This document shows, one piece after another, positions 19,740-27,579 of a stretch of DNA of 64,000 nucleotides (position 1 is the first letter of the stretch; every line of letters starts with the position of its first letter). Source of the stretch: Candidatus Falkowbacteria bacterium (GTDB lineage Bacteria; Patescibacteriota; Patescibacteriia; CAIXNZ01). The stretch is taken from positions 195,522 to 259,521 of the forward strand of contig CAVZGV010000004.1 in NCBI GenBank assembly GCA_963774955.1. Direction: 5' to 3'. The position numbers and the translations under genes were made by a program. Below the pieces are notes generated by a model. The model worked only from the letters and a program-made list of their open reading frames with translations, was not told the origin of the DNA and ran no database searches.

Positions 19740-21251
19740 ATGAATCCATTAGAGCGGATTAAACAATTTAAACCAGGCGATTGGTATCCGGAAAATACTC
19801 CCTCCCGGCCTTTAATGGTATCAGGTATTGCCAGAGGCTTTACTACCAATATTCTTAAAAACTATAAGCTGGTGCTCTGTTATTTTAGTCAGGGAAAAGT
19901 GTCCTGGATTACTTTGATTAAAGACCAGCAGGAAATAGGAGAACTGATTTGGCAAAAGCAAATGCAGGATAATAAGTATTGGCTTAACCAATTTGCGACT
20001 TATGAGCAGATTAGAAATAATCTGGCTCAAAATTTTGACTTACTTAAAAATAAGTATTTAAGAGAGTTAAGTGATAATCAGCTTGTTGAGGACATAAATA
20101 ATTACGTGACTCAGCAGTGGGCCACCAGAAAATATGATAGTTTGGTAGATCCTTATCTGTTTTATGCGGAAAATAAACTCCCTGAGTTATTGAGGCAATT
20201 TGTCCGGGCCAAGGCGGAAATTGCCTTAAAGCCCCAGGAAGCAATGGAAATTATTACCAAACCAGAAGTACCTTTCTTTTTAAACAAATACTTTTTAGAT
20301 TTGATCGATATTGCCAGGTCAATCAAAAGTGATCATGAGTTAGCAGCTAAAATTTTAGCTGAAGAAATCAAGGAAGCTGATTTACCCCAAGGTTTAATTG
20401 AGCGAATTAAAAAGCATGCAGACAAATATTGCTGGATTAAAGTGGAAAGTTTTTATGGTGCCAATGAGTATACTTTCAATCATATTATAAACGAATTGCA
20501 AAAATTGTTAGCGGCTGATTTAGAGGCAGAAGAAAATCAACATAAAGCCTGGCAGCATAATAAAAAAATAAGGCAGGAATTTTTGATTAAGCACAATTTT
20601 AGTGATGAGATTCGGGCGTTTGCGGATTTGGCGCCTGTATTTGCCAAATGGCAGGATTTAAGAAAGATTAATTCCGTTATGACCACCTATTTGCACGCCA
20701 AATATCTGCAGGAATTGAGTAGGCGGCTAGGTTTGACTGAAGATGAATTGGCTTACCATGATTTTCAGGAGCTAACCCAAATATTACAGGGTAAAATCGG
20801 GCAGGCTGAATTACAGAAAAGAAAAGAAGGCTGTCTGTTTGTCTTTCAGAATGACGGTTTTGAAATGTTTTATAAAGAAGATGTGCAGGATTTAATCAAT
20901 GACATTGTAAATCCGGATTTAAAGGGGATTACTGAATTCAGCGGCATGGTTGCCTCGACCGGCCAGACCCAGGGAACGGTTAAAATTGTCATTACAGTTG
21001 AGGATATGCAGAAAATGAACAAAGGCGATATCCTGGTTTCTACCATGACCAGGCCGGAACATTTACCGGCCATGAAAAAGGCTAGCGCCATAATTACCGA
21101 TGAAGGCGGCATTACCTGTCACGCGGCCATAATTTCCAGAGAATTAAACATTCCCTGCGTCATTGGCACTAAAATCGCCACTCATGTTTTAAAAGATGGC
21201 GATCAAGTAGAAGTTGACGCCAATCAAGGTATAGTTAAAATAATTAAATAA
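19740..21251 (+). CDS. Swivel-array member 7
   Basis: WQDLRK; TDEGGITCHAAIISRELNIPC. Confidence 0.9.
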   Translation: MNPLERIKQFKPGDWYPENTPSRPLMVSGIARGFTTNILKNYKLVLCYFSQGKVSWITLIKDQQEIGELIWQKQMQDNKYWLNQFATYEQIRNNLAQNFDLLKNKYLRELSDNQLVEDINNYVTQQWATRKYDSLVDPYLFYAENKLPELLRQFVRAKAEIALKPQEAMEIITKPEVPFFLNKYFLDLIDIARSIKSDHELAAKILAEEIKEADLPQGLIERIKKHADKYCWIKVESFYGANEYTFNHIINELQKLLAADLEAEENQHKAWQHNKKIRQEFLIKHNFSDEIRAFADLAPVFAKWQDLRKINSVMTTYLHAKYLQELSRRLGLTEDELAYHDFQELTQILQGKIGQAELQKRKEGCLFVFQNDGFEMFYKEDVQDLINDIVNPDLKGITEFSGMVASTGQTQGTVKIVITVEDMQKMNKGDILVSTMTRPEHLPAMKKASAIITDEGGITCHAAIISRELNIPCVIGTKIATHVLKDGDQVEVDANQGIVKIIK

Positions 21252-21260
21252 ATTAGAAAT

Positions 21261-22715
21261 ATGTTAACATTTTCAGATTGGCAAAATATTTTAAACGAAG
21301 ATTGGTATATCCAGGGCTTTAATGCCGCTCCGATTTTTCTTAATACCGCAGCATATAGTGGTTTGATTATGAAAGACAAGGTGGGGTTTGGCTACACTCA
21401 TTTTTTGTTTCAATACCAAAAGAAATATGCGGAAATGGGTTACTTAAATGATGATTTTATGCGTCTATGGCAGATTATCAAGGAAAAATTGGCGGCTGAC
21501 TCCGATTATTTATCTAAAGTTAAAAAACAGTATGAAACTGAATTGGAGCAATATGAGCCTATTCATAAAAGATTGGAGCAGGAAGATTTAACAAAACTGG
21601 ATGATTCAGAAATCATTAAATTATTAAAAAGCTCTTGCCGGAATATGACTGATGCGGTTGGCATTGCGCATTTGATCGAGCCGATCGGCATTTTTTTGGA
21701 GCAGGAATTTAAAGCTGATTTAAAAAATTTTGTTCAGGAGGAAAAAGAATATAATCGCATTTTCGGCATATTGTCCACGCCGACCCAAAGTTCATTTTTA
21801 GCGCTTGAAGAACAGGAATTAAAAAACATTGCGGCTTTGAAATCTAATCAACAGGCTGCCGCACTGGCTGAACATGCCCGAAAGTATTTTTGGCTGAATA
21901 ACAGTTTTGCCGGGCCGCAGAACATTGATCCGGCGCAATTCAGTAAAAGATTGGCAGCCTTTAAAATGCAAAAAGTTGAAAATCCCTCAGTTTCAGCGGC
22001 TGAACAAAAGAGTGGCTTAATTAAGACTTTAAGGTTAGATCAGGCAATCATTAAAAAGATTGGAATTATTGATTACTGCACTATTTGGCAGGATGAACGC
22101 AAAATCAATGTGCTTAAAGCAATCGGATATTTAGGCAAAGTATTAGCTGAACTCGGACGACGTTTGAACATTGATCCTGTTAATCTTTATTTTTTGGCAA
22201 CTACTGATTTTTTAAATATTAAATCCATAGCCGAGTTAAAATCCTTAGAACCTGAATTGCTGGCTCGACAAGCTGGTTCATTCTTCCTGATTAACGGTCT
22301 AAACCAGGAAGAAGTCGCCAGGGGAAGTGATTATGAGAAATTAATCGATTATAAAAAGGAATTGGAAGTTACGCAAAGCTTTAAAGGTACTGATTTGCAC
22401 GGTTCTATTGCCAATGGCGGCACAGCGATCGGCATTGTAAAAGTTTGCAAAAACTTAAGCCAAATTCACAAAGTTCAGCCAGGAGATATTTTAGTTGCTT
22501 CCATGACGCGTCCCGAATATATTCAGGCAATTAAAAAGGCTGCGGCCATTATAACTGATGAGGGCGGCATTACCTGTCATGCAGCCATTGTGTCCCGGGA
22601 ATTAAATATCCCGGCCGTTATTGGTACCAAAATCGCCACCAAAGTTTTAAAAGACGGCATGAAAGTCGAAGTCAAAGCCAATCACGGCTTGGTCAGAATT
22701 TTAGAAAATATTTAA
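21261..22715 (+). CDS. Swivel-array member 8
   Basis: WQDERK; TDEGGITCHAAIVSRELNIPA. Confidence 0.9.
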   Translation: MLTFSDWQNILNEDWYIQGFNAAPIFLNTAAYSGLIMKDKVGFGYTHFLFQYQKKYAEMGYLNDDFMRLWQIIKEKLAADSDYLSKVKKQYETELEQYEPIHKRLEQEDLTKLDDSEIIKLLKSSCRNMTDAVGIAHLIEPIGIFLEQEFKADLKNFVQEEKEYNRIFGILSTPTQSSFLALEEQELKNIAALKSNQQAAALAEHARKYFWLNNSFAGPQNIDPAQFSKRLAAFKMQKVENPSVSAAEQKSGLIKTLRLDQAIIKKIGIIDYCTIWQDERKINVLKAIGYLGKVLAELGRRLNIDPVNLYFLATTDFLNIKSIAELKSLEPELLARQAGSFFLINGLNQEEVARGSDYEKLIDYKKELEVTQSFKGTDLHGSIANGGTAIGIVKVCKNLSQIHKVQPGDILVASMTRPEYIQAIKKAAAIITDEGGITCHAAIVSRELNIPAVIGTKIATKVLKDGMKVEVKANHGLVRILENI

Positions 22716-22731
22716 ATAGTATATTAATATT

Positions 22732-24198
22732 ATGTTGACTCTCGATCAAGTTAAAAATATCAAATGGTATCGCCAGTCAGGGGCGGGGATTCCATTGAGC
22801 ATTGGCATGCCATTTTTGGGCATTGCCATCATGAATAAAGTTTCCGGTTTTTATTACCCCAATGATTTGGGTACTTTTTTGAAAACTGGCAAGGGTTTTA
22901 CTTTTTATCATTACTTTGATTATTTTTTGACCCTGGAACAGGTCAAGAAAATTTTTAAAACATTGGAACAAGATCCTGAGCATTTTAGCAAACTTAAGGG
23001 GAAATTTTATCAGGCCGGACCTAAAATGGAAGCCGAGGGTTTAGCGATTCTCGATAAGTCAGTATTTTCTCACGAGTTCCAGCAGGGTTATCAAAAGACA
23101 TATGATTACACTATGGATTTTTGGGGTAATTCACTTTACGTTGACCTGATGGATCCTTTTGAGATTCAGGTCATTGATTTTATTTTTGGTGACATCAAAA
23201 AGAAAATAAACAAAGCAGAATTAAATATTTTAATGAGTCCGGATGAATTGTCCAATTACCAGAAGCAGCAAGCTGAGCTTTTGGAACTGCTTAAAGTCGC
23301 CCAGGCAAAAGGGATTGATAGCAGCGAGGTCTTAACAGGTGCAAAAGAATTATCCCGTAGATATTACTGGCTCAAAAATGATTATGAAAAAGTGGAATTT
23401 CTTGATGCCGATTATTTTATGAATGAAATCAAGAAATTGTTGGTAGATCCCAAGGAAGCTGATAATATCAGCAGAAATCTGCAGAAAAGTCGTGAGTTAC
23501 AGATTGAGAAGCAGACAATTATTAAAAAATATAATTTTTCGGAGATATTGGTTAATCATCTGAATTTTTTCAACTGGGTGACGATCTTGCGAGATGACCG
23601 CAAAAAATATAACCAGATCAGCAATTATATTCTGATTAAAACCATTGAAAAAATTTCTGAGGAAGCAGGAATTGATCTTGAGCTTTTAAAATATGCCATG
23701 CCCAATGAAATAATTAAAATAATTAATAAGGATGCTAAAATCGCGACTGAACTGGAGCAAAGAGCCAATTTGGGCTTAATCGTGTTTGCCGATACCATTG
23801 AAGTGCTGGAAGTTTACTCTGGTAAAATCGCCAAAGAATATTTTGACATCATTGAAAGTACTATTGCTGCCTCGGAAATTAAAGGTACGACTGCTTCACC
23901 CGGTAAAGTTATCGGCACAGCCAAAATTATTTTAAGTCAGCATGATTTTGATAAAATGAAGCCAGGCGATATTATTGTCGCTTCCATGACCAGGCCGGAA
24001 TATGTGCCGATTATGAAAATTGCTCTGGCGATTGTAACTGATGAAGGAGGGATTACTTCGCACGCAGCTATTGTTTCGCGGGAATTAAATATACCCTGCA
24101 TTACTGGAACCCAGGTAGCAACGAGGTCTTTACAAGACGGAGATTTAATTGATGTTAATGCCGATCATGGTTTAGTAAAAATAGTTAAGAAAGCGTAG
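22732..24198 (+). CDS. Swivel-array member 9
   Basis: LRDDRK; TDEGGITSHAAIVSRELNIPC. Confidence 0.9.
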   Translation: MLTLDQVKNIKWYRQSGAGIPLSIGMPFLGIAIMNKVSGFYYPNDLGTFLKTGKGFTFYHYFDYFLTLEQVKKIFKTLEQDPEHFSKLKGKFYQAGPKMEAEGLAILDKSVFSHEFQQGYQKTYDYTMDFWGNSLYVDLMDPFEIQVIDFIFGDIKKKINKAELNILMSPDELSNYQKQQAELLELLKVAQAKGIDSSEVLTGAKELSRRYYWLKNDYEKVEFLDADYFMNEIKKLLVDPKEADNISRNLQKSRELQIEKQTIIKKYNFSEILVNHLNFFNWVTILRDDRKKYNQISNYILIKTIEKISEEAGIDLELLKYAMPNEIIKIINKDAKIATELEQRANLGLIVFADTIEVLEVYSGKIAKEYFDIIESTIAASEIKGTTASPGKVIGTAKIILSQHDFDKMKPGDIIVASMTRPEYVPIMKIALAIVTDEGGITSHAAIVSRELNIPCITGTQVATRSLQDGDLIDVNADHGLVKIVKKA

Positions 24199-24264
24199 CT
24201 TTTGGAACTTTTCAATTAATTAGGTATATTTAGGTTAGTATTTTTTATTATATTTTCAAATTTT

Positions 24265-25170
24265 ATGTTTAAAAACAGCTTGGAGCTTGGTCCTGATTCC
24301 GTCAATAAATTAACTAAGAAAAAAGAACGCTACGAAAATGCCAGTTCAGTAATTGAGCTTAATTTTTTTCGCCATGGCGACAAGGAAAGCGATAAAAGTA
24401 AGTCTGATTTGGAGATTGAACTGACCAAGGCGGGCGGCAAAGAAGCAGCGGCCAAAAGTAAAACTAAAAGCATTGAGCAGTCTTTGGCTTTGGGCAGCGC
24501 CAGAAACAGGGCTCAACAGACCGCCGGTTTGGTCATGGCCGGGCGCTCTGAGCGCATTACCGGCGAGGAAAGCTTAGCCGAACTCAAAATAAAACTTGAT
24601 CAAGAATTGAAAGTCGGCTCTAAAATCGGCATTGATAAGCGCTTGGATTTTATCATGGACATGAACAGACCCTATGACCAGGAGCTGATGGTGGCTTTTA
24701 AAAAAGGTGAATTTTTACCATTTTTATTTAATGATAGCGATCAACTAGCTAAAGCAGAGGACCTAAAAGAGGGCATGACTTATTCAGGCACGGCCAGTGA
24801 AATTGCCAAGATCGTAGCCAAATATCTAAAAATTGCGCCGCGCTGGGACCAATTGGTTGCTGATGACAAAAAGAAATACTCCAAAATTATGGAAAGATAT
24901 CTGGGCAGCCATCAGGGTGTGGTTGAAACGTTTTTAGCCAAAGTGATTGAAAAGACTAAAGGTGTAGAAGAAAGAAACAACTTTCAGGCAGTCTTAAATA
25001 ATCAGGGCTTTGGCTTTGTCGAAGGCTATCAGGTACAGATCATCAATAAAGCAGGGGAAAAACCGAAAGTATATATTTCGTATAAAAAAGAAAAAGACGG
25101 CCAAACAGTTTACCAATTTAACCAGGAAATAGAGTCACGAATTTTAGAGCAAATTATCAAAGGCAAATAA
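24265..25170 (+). CDS. Histidine phosphatase superfamily protein
   Basis: FFRHGDKE, ELTKAG, S..RAQQTA, GSHQG. Confidence 0.7.
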   Translation: MFKNSLELGPDSVNKLTKKKERYENASSVIELNFFRHGDKESDKSKSDLEIELTKAGGKEAAAKSKTKSIEQSLALGSARNRAQQTAGLVMAGRSERITGEESLAELKIKLDQELKVGSKIGIDKRLDFIMDMNRPYDQELMVAFKKGEFLPFLFNDSDQLAKAEDLKEGMTYSGTASEIAKIVAKYLKIAPRWDQLVADDKKKYSKIMERYLGSHQGVVETFLAKVIEKTKGVEERNNFQAVLNNQGFGFVEGYQVQIINKAGEKPKVYISYKKEKDGQTVYQFNQEIESRILEQIIKGK

Positions 25171-25180
25171 GCAAAAGAAG

Positions 25181-25207
25181 AAGGCCAGGGAGAAATCCCT
25201 GGTCTTT
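25181..25207. terminator. Terminator between the convergent phosphatase genes
   Basis: AAGGCCAGGGA-gaaa-TCCCTGGTCTTT. Confidence 0.65.
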
Positions 25208-25219
25208 GGTAAAAGCATT

Positions 25220-25771
25220 TTAGTCCGAGGCAATTACCGCCCTGATATTGCCCTCATCGTCCTGGATGAAGTCAACATACTCAAGCGGTTGCAGACTTCT
25301 GCCGGTGGCATCGCAGGCCATGGCGCAAAGGGAAATGATCGGGTCATGGCCGATAGCCAGACCATAGCCATCATCCGGCATTTGAGCGAACATTTTGATC
25401 AGACCGGATATGGCCCAGTCGCGGATGGGCTTGCGCTCCTCTTCCGTTTCAAAGGCAATCATGAAGGTGGCTAAACCATCATGGCCTTGGGCCGCAGCAT
25501 TTTTCCAGGCCGGGGTGGACAGAGTTTTGAACATTTCCTCATTGCCCAGTTCGGCCACGGCTTCATGCACGCGAATCTCGTAGCCGGTCCGCTGTTTGTG
25601 GCAGTGGCTGGCCAGCGCTGCCAATAGGGTTTGAGCGGTCCTGGCCCAGTCACTGTAAAACAGATCAGTGACATTGGTCAGGTCCACCTGTTTCCCGGCC
25701 TGCTGCAATCCAGCAGCACTGATGTTTTGGCCATTCTTGTCTCCATGCCGCATGTACCTGATTTTCTTCAT
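25220..25771 (-). CDS. Histidine phosphatase superfamily protein (GC-richer than its neighbours)
   Basis: YMRHGDK, SDWARTAQT, IGHDP. GGAGG SD; own TTGACT-17-TAAGCT promoter on the minus strand. Confidence 0.75.
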   Translation of the reverse strand: MKKIRYMRHGDKNGQNISAAGLQQAGKQVDLTNVTDLFYSDWARTAQTLLAALASHCHKQRTGYEIRVHEAVAELGNEEMFKTLSTPAWKNAAAQGHDGLATFMIAFETEEERKPIRDWAISGLIKMFAQMPDDGYGLAIGHDPIISLCAMACDATGRSLQPLEYVDFIQDDEGNIRAVIASD

Positions 25772-25889
25772 TTTTCCTCCGTATTTTGTCTTGTTTTTTG
25801 GCTAACCTCTGCGTGATTACTAATATAGTAGCTTATCATATTTTGAAAATAAAGTCAAGAGTAAATCACCTTTATTTTTAGGCTGATTT

Positions 25890-26567
25890 TTGCTATATTT
25901 AAGCTATTATAAGATACTAATTAAGCTCCTAGTTAAAATGATTATGTTAGACAAAGAATCAGGGTTAAACAGAGAAAAGGCGCCTGAATTTAAAAAAGTT
26001 GTCCAGGAATATAAGACATTATCGATTGCTTATGAATTGGCAATCAAGCCTTGCTTTATCTTTGGTGAAATATCAGATGCCTTGGATATTGCCCAGGTTT
26101 ATCAGATTATAAATTTGCAGTTTAAAGATAAAACAACTGGTAAAATCATAAAAATTGCTGACTTGGTTCCGGCTGGCTTTAAACTGGGACTGGTTAAGGG
26201 GAGCGGAGCAAGATTTATCAGGCAGAAGAAATTAATAACCGTGCCTAGCCTCGGCGAACCGGGTAATCAATTTGTTTTGTTGCATGAGATTGGTCATGCT
26301 CATCAAAAAAGAAAAGAGGAAGATAATTTTCATAAGCTAAATACCAAAGACGGCGAATTGGATATTTTAAATCATCTTTCAGATCAGGAATTTAGAAAAG
26401 AATGGCCGTTTGAAGAACAGGCGGATAAATTTGCTGCCGAAAAATTATTAGAAATACGCAGGCAAGGTCTTGACCTGGAGCCGGAAAAGCCCGGTCAGAT
26501 ATTAGAAGATTACATGAAAGAAAGATTAGACCGCTTAAAACATCTTATGTCACTTTGTGAAAAATAA
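25890..26567 (+). CDS. HExxH zincin-like protein (start uncertain)
   Basis: LLHEIGHAH followed by EEQADKFA. Confidence 0.55.
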   Translation: MLYLSYYKILIKLLVKMIMLDKESGLNREKAPEFKKVVQEYKTLSIAYELAIKPCFIFGEISDALDIAQVYQIINLQFKDKTTGKIIKIADLVPAGFKLGLVKGSGARFIRQKKLITVPSLGEPGNQFVLLHEIGHAHQKRKEEDNFHKLNTKDGELDILNHLSDQEFRKEWPFEEQADKFAAEKLLEIRRQGLDLEPEKPGQILEDYMKERLDRLKHLMSLCEK

Positions 26568-26583
26568 TTAAAATTATAAATTT

Positions 26584-27540
26584 ATGTCTGAATTAATCAA
26601 AATTTTCACAGAACTTAATAAAAACAGCACTCATTTAGCCGGAGGTAAAGGCGCGTCTTTGGGCGAGATGACCCAGGCAGGGATTCCGGTACCGCCTGGT
26701 TTTGTGGTTACGGCCAAAACCTTTGACCGTTTTCTGGCAGAAACTGATTTGACCCAGGAAGTAGAAGCCCAATTGGATAAGGTTAATTATGATGATGTAG
26801 CCTCTGTAGAAGAAGCTTCCAAGACAATTGCCGATTTGATCCATGATGCCAAGTTTCCGGAAGATTTGGAAATTGAAATTATGGCGGAATTTAAAAAATT
26901 AGATGTGGAATTTGTGGCAGTCCGTTCGTCAGCTACGGCCGAAGATTCTTCAGTGGCTTCCTGGGCAGGTGAGCTGGAAAGTTATCTGAATACTGATAAA
27001 AATCATTTATTGGGCAATGTTAAAAGATGTTGGGCTTCCTTATTTACCCCGCGAGCTATTGTTTATCGCATGGAAAAGGGTATGCGCGAAACAAAAGTAT
27101 CTGTTGCCGTGGTAATTCAGGCCATGGTGCAGTCAGATATTTCCGGTATTTGCTTTACAGTCCATCCGGTAACCAAAGATAAGAATCAGCTGATCATTGA
27201 GGCGGGATATGGTTTGGGTGAGGCTATTGTTTCCGGCCAGGTTACGCCTGATTCTTATGTTATCCATAAGGATGATCTGGAAATTATAGATATTAATATC
27301 GCCGACCAGGAAAGAAAAATTATGCGCAAACCAGAAGGCGGTAATCACTGGGTTGTGATTGATGCCGCAGACAGGGCTAAGCAAAAATTAGCTGGCGAGC
27401 AGATTATTGAATTAACTAAAATTTGTCTCAACATTGAAAAGCATTATGGTTTCCCCTGTGATATTGAATGGGTCATGACCAAAAAGTTAAATGAGTGGGA
27501 GTTCTTCATCGTGCAGTCACGGCCGATCACTACTTTATAA
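26584..27540 (+). CDS. Stand-alone PEP/pyruvate-binding ATP-grasp domain (PPDK/PEPS N-terminal)
   Basis: AGGKGASLGEM, VPPGFVV, VAVRSSATAEDS, GLGEAIVSG, DIEW; ends at VQSRPITTL with no swivel or barrel domain. Confidence 0.92.
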   Translation: MSELIKIFTELNKNSTHLAGGKGASLGEMTQAGIPVPPGFVVTAKTFDRFLAETDLTQEVEAQLDKVNYDDVASVEEASKTIADLIHDAKFPEDLEIEIMAEFKKLDVEFVAVRSSATAEDSSVASWAGELESYLNTDKNHLLGNVKRCWASLFTPRAIVYRMEKGMRETKVSVAVVIQAMVQSDISGICFTVHPVTKDKNQLIIEAGYGLGEAIVSGQVTPDSYVIHKDDLEIIDINIADQERKIMRKPEGGNHWVVIDAADRAKQKLAGEQIIELTKICLNIEKHYGFPCDIEWVMTKKLNEWEFFIVQSRPITTL

Positions 27541-27576
27541 AAAAAGCCCCGGACAAGAAATTGTCCGGGGCTTTTT
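27541..27576. terminator. Bidirectional terminator
   Basis: AAAAAGCCCCGGACAA-gaaa-TTGTCCGGGGCTTTTT. Confidence 0.85.
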
Positions 27577-27579
27577 ATT

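Noticed and set aside
11065-21112. Recurrent minus-strand ORFs (11065, 14545, 16406, 18008, 20870) resembling each other
   Set aside because: They are antisense shadows of the conserved swivel-domain codons, with no independent starts or SDs.
9680-27540. Annotating the array genes or 26584 as phosphoenolpyruvate synthase (ppsA) or PTS enzyme I
   Set aside because: No C-terminal PEP/pyruvate TIM-barrel domain in any of them; only the swivel or ATP-grasp parts are present.
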